Below are positions 28,907 through 41,905 of a stretch of DNA of 64,000 bases, piece by piece; positions within the stretch are counted from its first letter, which is position 1, and each line of letters opens with the position of its first letter. The DNA is from Eledone cirrhosa (Eukaryota). The stretch spans positions 32,612,001-32,676,000 of the forward strand of contig OZ024754.1 of the NCBI GenBank assembly GCA_964016885.1, read 5' to 3'. A model generated the notes under the pieces. The model saw only the letters and a list, made by a program, of their open reading frames with translations, was not told where the DNA came from and made no database searches. The position numbers were made by a program, and so were the translations under genes.

Positions 28907-29181
28907 TATCAAAATACTCCAAATAAACAATATCAGTTGAGTGCTTCGAATCTGTTATATACATAAGTCAGTTGATTACGTATCAACTAAGTCTTTAACT
29001 CATTGTTTATATTTTAACTCTAATTATATCTCATGAAATAATACAACTGGCTTTCCACAAAATACATATAGTTAGCACCCCAAACAATTAAATTGGGTTT
29101 ATACTAACATATAACCTAATGTTTGTTGAGTGAGATGGTTGCCAGTCAGAGTTTAGCTTTAAGCTATCTCTGTTATTGTAT

Positions 29182-29228
<47 letters not shown>

Positions 29229-29269
29229 ATACTTGGGGAGGGTCATATTTGTGTAATATTGCCAGAATA

Positions 29270-29378
<109 letters not shown>

Positions 29379-29507
29379 CTCAGGCCTTATTTGAGGTGTT
29401 TCTGGAGCCTAATATTTGCACATTTTACCACCATATCATAACGACTGGTTTTATGTCTTATATGTTTTAAATATTATTTTGTGTTGACTACAGAAACATT
29501 TTAATAA

Positions 29508-29601
29508 ACTCTGAAGACACCTTTGTCGAGTACTAATCGGACGTTACTAAACCATAGAACTCGCTATACGTGACTCAATACAGGTAGAAACAATTGTTAG
29601 T
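29508..29601 (+). ncRNA. Hammerhead-like motif with long stem II
   Basis: ACT-CTGAAGA-CACCT...AGGTA-GAAAC-AATT-GTT-AGT; palindromic AACAATTGTT. Confidence 0.5.
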
Positions 29602-29753
29602 GTATAAATGATTTAACCATTTAGGTTTATTAATGTATAACAGTTCTGTGTGATCCTCATTGCATTGAGCTATAAAACACCCTGGAAATTAATATAATTA
29701 TTCCCATTAATATTATAATTCTAACTATTTTATGATATTAGTACTACTATTAT

Positions 29754-29785
<32 letters not shown>

Positions 29786-29892
29786 TTATATTTTTAAGCT
29801 TGTTGAATCCCAGCAAATTAAATATAATCTCTGCATATATATTTATATATATATATATATATATATGCGTGTGTGTATGTACATATGTATGC

Positions 29893-29932
<40 letters not shown>

Positions 29933-29938
<6 letters not shown>

Positions 29939-30080
29939 TCTGAAGACGGCGTATATATGTGTTGGTATGTATATTTAATCTTGATAGTTTGTATAATTTT
30001 GTATAATTTTGTACATAGATCTGTTGAATATGCATGCCAATTCTAACACATATATATCCTAGAAACGATCGTTAAATAAT
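29933..30080 (+). ncRNA. Type I hammerhead-like motif with 7-bp stem I and extended stem II
   Basis: ATTATTT-CTGAAGA...TATATATGTGTT/AACACATATATA...GAAAC-GATC-GTT-AAATAAT. Confidence 0.65.
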
Positions 30081-30137
30081 GAACTTTTTTTGTTTAATAT
30101 AAGGAACTGTTTCATTGTTTTATTCATTATTTGTTTA

Positions 30138-30211
<74 letters not shown>

Positions 30212-30295
30212 TATATATATATATATACACACGTATATAAACGGAAAAAATGAAACGAAATTTCATTTCCCACTCTTAGTACGGCTGTTACATAA

Positions 30296-30935
<640 letters not shown>

Positions 30936-30965
30936 GAAAATGAACGAACAAAACACAGGAGGCAG

Positions 30966-31009
<44 letters not shown>

Positions 31010-31334
31010 GTATGTATGTATACATATGTACATACATATATATATATATACATCGCCCCCACCCATCATATATATATATATATCCATGCGTATGTATGTA
31101 TTTGTACGTAAGTGGACGAATGTGTTAACAAAACTGTCAAACCTTAAATATTGAACTTTTTAACTTTGTTTCATTTCTTAATTTATTGATAAATTAACGA
31201 ACCTATTAATTGGCCGGCCTTTCTAATTAATTTATTTCTAGACATCATAAATAACCTTAATTGTGATTTTTTTCTCATTTGAAATCTGTTCACTTAATTT
31301 CATTTCTCACGGTCTTTATGATCTATCTGTCAAA

Positions 31335-31399
<65 letters not shown>

Positions 31400-31409
<10 letters not shown>

Positions 31410-31471
31410 TATAGACACTTCAAATTATATACATAAATATATATGTGTATATATACAGACATACACACTTC

Positions 31472-31511
<40 letters not shown>

Positions 31512-31603
31512 TATAGACACGTCTAATTATATACATAAATATATATGTGTATATATACAGACACACACACTTCAAATTATACATAAATATATATATATAT
31601 ATG

Positions 31604-31643
<40 letters not shown>

Positions 31644-31710
31644 TATAGACACTTCAAATTCTATACATAAATATATATGTGTATATATACAGACATACAC
31701 ACTTCAAATT

Positions 31711-31760
<50 letters not shown>

Positions 31761-31761
31761 T

Positions 31762-31807
<46 letters not shown>

Positions 31808-31874
31808 TATAGACACTTCAAATTATATACGTAAATATATATGTGTATATATACAGACATACACACTTCAAATT

Positions 31875-31906
<32 letters not shown>

Positions 31907-31909
31907 GCT

Positions 31910-31920
<11 letters not shown>
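31400..31920. repeat. Four tandem composite units (ACAGATATAGACACTTCAAATTAT...) separated by (TA)n
   Basis: Units begin near 31404, 31507, 31639 and 31803. Confidence 0.85.
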
Positions 31921-31945
<25 letters not shown>

Positions 31946-32115
31946 CATATATGTATATATATGTGTGTGCATGTGATTGTGCGTGCGTGTGTGCGTGCGT
32001 GTGATTGTGTGTGTATATATATATTTATTTATTCATATATAAAGATATATACATATTTAAAGATATATACATATATATCGATATACATACATTCATATAC
32101 ATGTATGAATATATG

Positions 32116-32243
<128 letters not shown>

Positions 32244-32545
32244 TACATACCTATATATATATACATCTGTATTCATACATCTATATACGTTATGTAGGAA
32301 CAGTATATATAATATTTATTGCATGTAAGCCTGTCAAACTCAAATGAAAATTATTTTCAGGTGAATTAAATCCATATTCCAACAATTACATCGTGGAAGT
32401 GTCACGTTAGTCATTAAAACACACGAACCATAACTATAAACAATGATGTCTCGATGACCGAGATGGTGTGAAAGTGTATTAGATTTCAAAGAATAATGAG
32501 GAAACAAAAACCTCAACACAAGAATAGCTTCTATAACAGAATCAG

Positions 32546-33136
32546 AGGGCGGTGGATTGGCAGTATCGGTAGAGATTCGGACGCCATGCTTTGCAGCATA
32601 GAGTTACGGCCCTTTTATGATCTGAGTTCAAATCCCGCCGAGGTTAATTTTGCCTTTCATCCTTACAGGGTCGATAAAATAAAGTACCAGTAATGCACTG
32701 GTGTAATTGCTGGCCTTGTGCCAAAAGTAGAAACAATTATATTTGTTATGTATCAAAGTTCTGCCTCAAATCTACCTCAGTTTTTACTCAAGTCTATCTC
32801 AGCTCTGATCCAAGTCTACCTGAAATGCTTAGCAGTATTTGATCCAGCCCTTTAGGTTGTGAGATCAAATCCCGCAAAGGCTAGCTTTGCCTTTAATTAT
32901 TACATGGTCGATTGAGGGCGGTGGATTGGCAGTATCGGTAGATGTTCGGCCGCTATGCTTTGCAGCAAAGAGTTACGGCCCTTTATGATCTGAGTTCAAA
33001 ATCCCGTCGAGATTAACTTTACCTTTCATCCTTATGGGGTCGATAAAATAAAGTTACCAGTCACGCACTGGGGTCGATTGAATCGACTTTCCTCTCCCTT
33101 CAAATTACTGGGCTTGTGCCTATATAAGAAACCATA
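32546..33136 (+). mobile_element. SINE A cluster (two full copies plus one fragment)
   Basis: Heads at 32546 and 32915; short-tail and long-tail 3' variants. Confidence 0.85.
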
Positions 33137-33464
33137 ACAGGAAAATGGCGCCAATGACAGCGTCGGGTAAAAACTATCTCAAAGGACAGAAATCAATGGC
33201 AAGATGTGTGATGGCTCGCATGCTGTTTTAACAGCTATTCTTGTTGAGTTTTTCTCATTATTCTATGGGCACACAATAACGGTTAACTCTATTTTATTTT
33301 TATCATCAAAATTTTCGTCGCGCTATTTGCGACCTGGTCATTAACATAGTTTCACTGCAGGTCCCTTGACCCTTTTATCAGGGGTCTGTGCGTAAAAGGT
33401 CCTTTCAAGATATATACATAGATGAACAACAAAAACTAAACATATAAAATATGTGAAAAACTAG

Positions 33465-33980
33465 ATTGTTACTGCTATTGTTATTGTTGTTATTATTAGT
33501 GTTGTCGTTGTTGTTGTAATTGGCTATCGTTGTTGTTGTTGTTGTCGCCTCTTTTGTTGCTCTTGTTATTGGCTGTTGTTATTGTTGTTGTTGTTGACGT
33601 TGTTGTTGTTATTGGCTACCGTTGTTGTTGTCGCCTCTTTTGTTGCTCTTGTTATTGGCTGTTATTATTGTTGTTGTTGTTGACGTTGTTGTTGCTGCTG
33701 CTATTGTTGCTGTTGATGGTGGTATTGTTGTTGTTGTTGTTGTTGCTTCTGTTGGTTTTGGTACTGTTGTTGTTGCTTCTGCTGCTGCTGCTGGTGTTGT
33801 TGTTGTTGTTGTTGCTGCTGCTGTAGCTGCTGGTGTTACTACTGCTGCTGTTGTTGCTGCTGTCATACTCCGTTTTTTTTTTCTTCCTTCCTTCCTGTTT
33901 ATTGAGTCTTGTCTCTCCTCCCACCCCCCAGTTTCAGAAACATCCACGGTTGTTGTTGTTGTTGTTGTTGTTGTTGTTAA
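33465..33980. repeat. (GTT/GCT)n low-complexity tract with internal duplication
   Basis: Direct reading. Confidence 0.85.
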
Positions 33981-34059
33981 TCTCATTATTTTCCCATCAT
34001 TAACAACCGTTAACTTTCACACCACGACTGACCTCCTTGCACCTTCTTATAATCATCTT

Positions 34060-34898
34060 CTCCCACCATACTCCCAACCTCCCCCTCCTCCACTCCCACC
34101 ACACTCACTCCCAGACGATATCCCCCCCTCCACCGTCCCTACCTCCATAATACATACATACACACACACACACATGTCATTCTCTCCTTTCTCCCCTTTC
34201 TCTCTCTTTCTCTCTCTCTCTCTGTGTCTTTCTTCTCCCTTCCTTCCTCACACTCTCATTCCCTCTTTCTCTCTCTCTTTCTCTCACCTCTCTCCTCTCA
34301 TAACCCTTCTCTCATTTCCCCCCTTATCCATCGTCTCTCTCCTCTCCCTCCCTTCCTTTCTCACTCTCTCATTCCCTCTTTATCTCTCTCTCTCTCTCTC
34401 TCTCCCACCTCTCTCCTCTCAATACCCTTCTCCCCCTCTTCATCTCTCTCTCTCTCTCACCTCTCTCCTCTTAATTCCCTTCTCCCCCTCTTCATCTCTC
34501 TCACTTCTCTCCTCTCCCTTCCTTTCTCACCCTCTCCTTCCATCTTCATCTCTCCCACCTCTCTCTCCTCCTTCCCTTCTTCCCCTTCCCTCTCCCTCTC
34601 TCAGTCTACTTCCCTTCTACACTATACCTTCTCTCTCTCTCTCTGTCTCTATCTCTTATTCTCCTCAATCTGTCCTTCTCTCCCACCCTCCCTCTCTCTC
34701 TCCGTCTCTCAATCTCCTTCCCTCATTTCCCCTCCTCATCCTGCCTCTCTCCCCTCTCTCTCTACCCCCTTCCCTTCTCTGCCCTCTCTGTCTCTCAATC
34801 TACTTCCCTCATTTGCCCCTCCTTTCTCTCACTCTCTCTCCTTCTCCCTCCTCCTCCTCTCTCTCTCTCTCTATCTTCGCCCTCTCTCTCTCTCCTGC

Positions 34899-34988
<90 letters not shown>

Positions 34989-35000
34989 CTCTCTTCTCCC
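34060..35000. repeat. Polypyrimidine (CT-rich) tract
   Basis: Direct reading. Confidence 0.85.
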
Positions 35001-35001
35001 G

Positions 35002-35108
35002 TCAACACTTCTTACCTCCCTTTCCAACTCCGCTCTTCTCTATACACCCCATAATGCCGTATCAATAACATAACTTTCTCTTTAAAATTTCCTCCTTTCT
35101 CTTCCTTT
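35002..35108 (+). repeat. Dispersed ~105-bp repeat, second copy at 48731-48838
   Basis: TCAACACTTCTTACCTCCCTTTCCAACTCCGCTC...TTTAAAATTTCCTCC nearly identical at both sites. Confidence 0.8.
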
Positions 35109-35129
35109 TATTAATTATTTTTATTCTTG

Positions 35130-35200
<71 letters not shown>

Positions 35201-35359
35201 CATACGCATATATATACATATACGAATACGCACACATTTATTTATGTATGTTTGTATATATATATATATATTTGTGTGTGTGTGTGAGAGAGAGAGAGAG
35301 TATGTATATATACATGTATGTATGATTACATGTATGTAATTATACACACACACACACTC

Positions 35360-35391
<32 letters not shown>

Positions 35392-35747
35392 GTAATTATG
35401 TATGTATGTATATACATATATGTATGTATCATTCTGTATATCTTACTCTCTCGCCATTATTCCTCAATCCAGCCATTTAACTTTCTATATATCATTATAT
35501 ATCATTATATATCATTACTATTCTTCCCTCTCTCTTTCCCACGTCACCCCCTCTCTATCTGTCTGAATACATCTCTTTCTCCCCCCCCCTCTCCCTCTCA
35601 CTCTTTCTCTCCGTCTCAATATCACCTTTCTGTCTTTCGCTCTGCCATCTCTCTCTTTCTCTCACTCAGTCTCTCTCTCTCTGTGTCTCACTCTTTTTCT
35701 CTCTCTATATATATATATCTATATCTATATGAACAACAGCAACGGTA

Positions 35748-36270
35748 CGAAGAAGAAGAAGAAGAAGAAGAAGAAGAAGAAGAAGAAGAAGAAGAAGAAG
35801 AAGAAGAAGAAGAATGGGGTGGAGGTGGCGGAGAAGGAGAAGAAGATAACGAAAAAGAAGGCGATGAAGAAGAGTGGGAGAAAAAGGAGAAAGTAGAAAA
35901 AGAAGAAGTAAAAGAAGAAGAAGAAGAAGAAGAAGAAGAAGAAGAAGAAGAAGAAGAAGAAGAAGAAGAAGAAGAAGAAGAAGAAGAAGAAGAAGAAGAA
36001 GAAAAATGGGGTGGAGGTGGCGGAGAAGGAGAAGAAGATAACGAAAAAGAAGGCGAAGAAGAAGAGTAGGAGAAAAAGGAGAAAGTAGAAAAAGAAGAAG
36101 TAAAAGAAGAAGAAGAAGAAGAAGAAGAAGAAGAAGAAGAAGAAGAAGAAGAAGAAGAAGAAGAAAAAGAAGAAGAATGATGATGATGACGAGGAAGAAG
36201 AAGAAGAAGAAGAAGAAGAAGAAGAAGAAGAAGAAGAAGAAGAAGAAGAAGAAGAAGAAAAGGAAAAAGA
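35748..36270. repeat. (GAA)n tract with a duplicated ~190-bp unit
   Basis: TGGGGTGGAGGTGGCGGAGAAGG block at 35815 and 36007. Confidence 0.9.
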
Positions 36271-36979
36271 AGCACAACAACAATAACAGGCAGCCAATGG
36301 CCTTGGGGTGTTGAACAACAATATCTGACCCTTTATATTACAAAGGCGGGGTCCAGTTGACACTAGGCTTTACATAGTGTAGTCCATTGCGTAGGCTCCC
36401 GGAAATATTATCAAATGCCCTACAGACTTATTCTTAGACAGAACGTCATTTCTTCTGCCTCACTAAACTTTCGCTCTTCTTCAATGCAACTCACATATGC
36501 TTGTGTTTAGCTTGTGTTTATATATATGTGTGTGTGTATGTGTGTCTGTGTGTGTGTGTATGTGTGCATGTGTGTATGTTTAAACGTGTGTGTTTGTGTG
36601 TGGGGGTGAATGTACATGTACGTTCTGTGTGTGTGTGTGCATGTGTGTATGTTTAAACGTGCGTGTTTGTGTGTGGGGGTGAATGTACATGTACGTGTAT
36701 GTTTGTGTGTATATGTACGTGAATGTGTGTTTGTACATATGTATATGTGTGTGTGTGTGTGTATGTGTGTGTATGTCTGTATGTATGTGTGTCTGTCTGT
36801 ATGAGTGTGTATGTGTCTGTATGTATGTATGTGTATGTGTATGAATTATGGCTTGTGGGTGTTGGTAGTAGAATAGGAAGTGGTAAGGATCTTATGAGTA
36901 GAGGGAGTTTTGTGTAGTGTATGTACATGTATGTGTGTTTCAACGTATTTCTGTGTGTGTGTATGTTCGTATATATATA

Positions 36980-37056
<77 letters not shown>

Positions 37057-37196
37057 TATGGCTTGTGGGTGTTAGTAGTAGAAGAGGGAAAGGTGGGAAT
37101 CTTAGGAGTAATAGGGGGGGGGGGGGTAAGTGTGGAAATAGTACAAATGTTGGTGAAAAGTACGTGGTGGGCTACCCAGCCGTAATAGCAGGTTTT

Positions 37197-37775
37197 CACC
37201 ACCACCACCACCAGCACTACCACCACCACCGCCACGACCACCACCGCCACCACCACCACCAGCAGCACTACCACCACCACCAGCACTACCAGCACTACCA
37301 GCACCACCACCGCCACCACCACCACCACCACCACCACCAGCAACACCTCAACCGCCACTATCGACACCACTGTCAAGGTTTTCATAAATATTTGACTGCT
37401 TCATTGACATCAAGTCAGTCAGTCACCCAGTCACCCAGTCACCCAGTCCCTCAGTCATCCAGTCACTCAGTCACCCAGTCACTCAGTCACTCAGTCACTC
37501 AGTCACCCAGTCACTCAGTCACCCAGTCACCCAGTCACCCAGTCCCTCAGTCATCCAGTCACTCAGTCACCCAGTCACTCAGTCACCCAGTCACCCAGTC
37601 ACTCAGTCACTCAGTCACACAGTCACTCAGTCACTCAGTCACAGTCACTCAGTCACCCAGTCACCCAGTCTCTCAGTCACCCAGTCACTCAGTCCCCAGT
37701 CACCCAGTCACCCAGTCACCCAGTCACCCAGTCACCCAGTCACTCAGTCACCCAGTCACTCAGTCACTCAGTCAG
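37197..37775. repeat. (CAC)n followed by an 8-bp (CAGTCACY)n array
   Basis: 8-mer array at 37413-37775. Confidence 0.9.
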
Positions 37776-38320
37776 CGAGTTAAGTCAAAAAAATGTTAGC
37801 TAGGGAGTTTATTCAGTCAACAGATTAAGAATCAAGCCTTTTCTTCTCGGAACCTCATAAAAATACATAGATAATCTTCTACCCGTTCACCCTCCCCCGC
37901 CACCCTTTCACCCCCCGAACACCACCACTACCGCCACCTACCGTGCTGCCATACAACCTTCGTTAACCAGCACACGGCGGTTTTGGGGTCCGTGCAAGCA
38001 CAGCTAGGCAAAGCGAGACAAGGGAGACAAGAAATAAAAATATTTTAAAAACACGAGCTGAGGTTGTCATTGACGAAATTAATTACATGTGTTGGTAATA
38101 CAATGGCGTAAACAAATAGATTTATCTAAAGCTTTTTGTGGTCTCAGAAAGACGACTTGTGTTCGTGTTCACTTAGCGTACAACATAAATGTACGCGTGC
38201 GTGCACGCACGCGTACACATACATAAAAGTGGTCTCCCTACACAGACACCACCCAAAACGACATGCATACAGTGCACAAACACACACAATATTCAAATAT
38301 ACACGCACACGCACACACAC

Positions 38321-38360
<40 letters not shown>

Positions 38361-38422
38361 ATATATATATGTAAGACAGATAGCTTAACTATAGTTGTTA
38401 TATGCAATAAAGGTCATTTACT

Positions 38423-38490
<68 letters not shown>

Positions 38491-38801
38491 ATTCTAGCGG
38501 CTTCCCGCCTACATTAGTGATCCCCTCTGGCTTCTCAACATTCTCTACCAGATATTTTGTTTTAGTCTCATTCATTCTCAGCCCCACACTCATCGACACA
38601 GTCTCAACCTCCCGCATCAAATCCTATGCCTCCTTCACTGTATTTGTCCCCAAAACTATGTCGTTGGCAAATTCAGCATCCGATATCTTTTTCGCCTTAA
38701 CTCTCCTGCTCTGAGCCGGTGCTACAGTAAAGCCAGAGTCCTGGTGTTTCTCCAGTGCAAGGCGCATACAATAGTCCACTACGATGATAAAAAGGTAGGG
38801 A
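38491..38801 (-). pseudogene. Non-LTR retrotransposon (RTE-like) reverse transcriptase fragment, inverted 5' part
   Basis: PYLFIIVVDYCMR...DAEFANDIVL (FADD motif degenerate)...GLRMNETKTKY...KPLEL; internal stop. Confidence 0.85.
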
Positions 38802-39392
38802 ACCGCTAGAATTGGTTGAGGACTTCCTATATTTGGGAGCAAAGATTGGGAATACGGAAGATGGTGTGGTTGAGAGGAAGAGCAAAGCCTGAGCGGCGTG
38901 CAACAGCTTGAGATCGGTGTGGAAGTCGGACCTTCGTAAAGACCTGAAAATCCACCTCTTCATTGCTGTAGTGGAGTCTGTGCTTTTGTACGGGTCTGAG
39001 ACTTCGACACTGACCAAGAAACTCACTCAGATGGTGGATGGGTGCTACACGAGAATGCTGAGGATGGCTCTGAACATTAATCAGTATACACTGAGGATAA
39101 AAAACTCAGAGCTGTATGGGAGCCTCCCAAAAATCAGTTCAAAAGTGACACAGAGGAGACTGAGGTTAGCTGGGCATGCTTACCGACATCCAGAGTTGAC
39201 ATTGCACTCAGTGCTCCTGTGAGAGCCCCTACATGGACACACTGGAAGAGGAAGACCAAGGTTAACGTATGTTGATGCCCTAAGGACAGACACTGGTATG
39301 TTGGAGACGCGGGACATGGCAGCGATAATGAGGGACAGAGACCGCTGGAGAGAACTCGTCCATGGATCTCGATAATTTTACCCGCCCTAGAA
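38802..39392 (+). pseudogene. RTE-like LINE RT thumb and C-terminus with 3' end
   Basis: PLELVEDFLYLG...ESVLLYGSET...RLRLAGHAYR...GRGRPRLTYVD...DRDRWRELV; stops present; TSD ATATATTTAAT. Confidence 0.9.
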
Positions 39393-39411
39393 ATATATTT
39401 AATATAGAAAT

Positions 39412-39462
39412 GGCTTCTACAGGACTAGAACTATTTCATTCGGGAGAAATCATCAGGAAGTC
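39412..39462 (-). ncRNA. Compact type I hammerhead-like motif
   Basis: GACTTC-CTGATGA-TTTC(TCCC)GAAT-GAA-ATAG(TTCTAGTC)CTGT-A-GAAGCC. Confidence 0.6.
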
Positions 39463-39592
39463 AATGCTATATTAAATATTCATACTCTGCTATGTATTGA
39501 GTACCTTACTTACTGTGATTACCCCCGATTGAACCTGGGATAAACTTATATATATTTTCGTAAACCTTGTATATATATATATATATATATAT

Positions 39593-39934
39593 AAATTATT
39601 AGACATGTTAGATATCGCCCTTATTTTGACTAAAGAAATTAAAGAAATTATTTAGCCTGATAGTGGGGTTAAGAGCCCTCGGAGAAATGGAAAAAAATGA
39701 GTATTGACGTACCCGGGTGATGTGTTGGTGTAAATGGTAGCACAGTGGTCCGGATAACCAAAGATGTGGGTTCGATTCCCATGTACGTCAATACTCATCT
39801 TTTTCCATTTCTCCGAGGGTTCTTAACCCCACTATCAGGCTAAATAATTTCTTTAATTTCTTTAGTCAAAATACGGCGATAGCTAACATGTCTAATAATT
39901 TCAAATTCACTCGCTGTTTCGAAAATATTCTTAC
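39593..39934 (+). mobile_element. tRNA-containing fold-back element
   Basis: Arms 39593-39712 and 39783-39901; body also present at 61557-61700 (-). Confidence 0.75.
39719..39790 (+). tRNA. tRNA-like cloverleaf (pseudo-tRNA or SINE head; GGA at the anticodon position)
   Basis: 72 nt; acceptor GATGTGT/GTACGTC, D stem GTGT/GCAC, TGGT(CCGGATA)ACCA, T arm GTGGG(TTCGATT)CCCAT; T5 run ~10 nt downstream. Confidence 0.6.
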
Positions 39935-40458
39935 ATATATATATATATATACAAGGTTTACGAAAATCGATCACCTATCACCGACTTACCCACTCAACGA
40001 ATGAGGAACGTTAAAAAATGATTTTAAAATAAAGTAAATATACGAACGAAGGAAACAGAACTCAATGGTTGTTGGCCGTTAAGATGGACTTGTACAGTTT
40101 CGACCGTTATCAATGGTACTGTTGGTCCGGGGGTCACAGCGTCTGACATAACTTTCCGTTTTGTTTTGTTTCCGTTCATTGTCTTGTATACATATTTTGA
40201 CGAAAGGTGGGTATTTACAATATGAAAATGTGTTCGCTTCCTAGGCATGAATCTAAAGGTAGCCTTTTAAAATCTTTCGAATGAAAGATTCATAATTAGT
40301 TTGTTCTTTTTCATATATAGAGCACTCTTTTCTTTTTTCCCTTTTGTGATCTCTCTCCCTACATACTCACAGACACACACACACACACACGCACGCACAC
40401 ACACAAACACACACACACACACCCATACACACACACAATATATATATATATATATTAT

Positions 40459-40853
40459 AATTGTTTCTACTTTTGGCACAAGGCCAGCAATTACCCAGTG
40501 TATTACTGGTACTTTATTTTATCGACCCCGTAAGGATGAAAGGCAAAGTTAACCTCGGCGGGATTTGAACTCAGAATGGCAAGGGCCGTAACTCTATGCG
40601 TCAAAGCATGGCGTCCGACCCTCTACCGATACTGCCAATCCACCGCCCATATATATATTATAATAATGGGTTTCTTATATAGGCACACAGCCAGCAATTT
40701 TGGGGGAGGGGAAAGTCGATTAAATCGACCCTAGTGCGTGACTGGTACTCTATTTTATTGACCCCGTAAGGATGAAAGGCAAAGTTAACCTCGGCGGGAT
40801 TTGAACTCAGACCGTAAAGGACCGTAACGCTATGCTGTAAAACATGGCGTCCC
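40459..40853 (-). mobile_element. Two tandem SINE A copies
   Basis: Short-tail copy 40459-40648; long-tail, 5'-truncated copy 40663-40853. Confidence 0.85.
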
Positions 40854-40957
40854 GAATGGTTACTCCTTTATTACATTTATTACTTGGTAACGCACGTTTC
40901 GCTGAACCTACAGCAATTTCGCGTTACACTCCCTGGATTTATATTTATATATGTATG

Positions 40958-41014
<57 letters not shown>

Positions 41015-41017
<3 letters not shown>

Positions 41018-41206
41018 GGAGTAAGTAAGACCCCGACGGCTGAGCTCAAGCCGTTTCGACGGCTAATTCTGTACTGAATTAGCCGTCGAAACGGCTTGAG
41101 CTCAGCCGTCGGGGTCTTACTTACTCCTATTACCCACTCTACTACCCTAAGTATTGAGTACTTTGGTGCGTTATGGTCCACCTGGTTCCTTACCACTTTT
41201 CCCTCG

Positions 41207-41210
<4 letters not shown>
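41015..41210 (+). mobile_element. Family P4 copy with a 116-bp near-perfect palindrome
   Basis: Palindrome 41015-41130 with a single T/T mismatch near the centre. Confidence 0.75.
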
Positions 41211-41258
<48 letters not shown>

Positions 41259-41482
41259 CAAGTAATCCTGCAAACGCGTGTAACTGAACATGCACTCACA
41301 CATGAACAAACATACACACAAATATATTAGAACGTGTATGCGTTTGTGTGTATATATATGTGTGTGTGGTCATGTGTGTATATATATACATGTACAGTTA
41401 CACGCATTTGAAGGTTTACTTGAATCTCTATACTGGCATGTATACATTTAGATTGTCATACTCATACATTTGTGTGAACTTA

Positions 41483-41556
<74 letters not shown>

Positions 41557-41733
41557 ATATAGAATAAATATGCGCACATATATATGAACTCATGGTGTAT
41601 ATATATATATATATATATATACACATGTATAGATGTGTATATACACTAGTTTCTGTATAAACACCCTCTACACACATACATCATTTTTTTTATGTCTTCA
41701 TATATGCATGCAGCTATGTGCATGTGTGTATAT

Positions 41734-41765
<32 letters not shown>

Positions 41766-41872
41766 AGACATAATTTATAGTATATATATATATATGCGTG
41801 TGTGTGAGTGTGCATATATATACATATGTGTATATATATACATATGTTTATATATGTTTATATATATATATA

Positions 41873-41905
<33 letters not shown>

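Noticed and set aside
35398-37799. Poly-Glu ORF (35398-36069) and poly-His/Ser-Gln ORF (36921-37799)
   Set aside because: Built from (GAA)n, (CAC)n and 8-mer repeats; the duplicated GAA unit gains a stop; no splice or homology support
39719-39790. Functional tRNA-Ser(GGA)
   Set aside because: C at position 33, no long variable arm, three G-U pairs in the acceptor stem and a mismatch in the anticodon stem; embedded in a repeat
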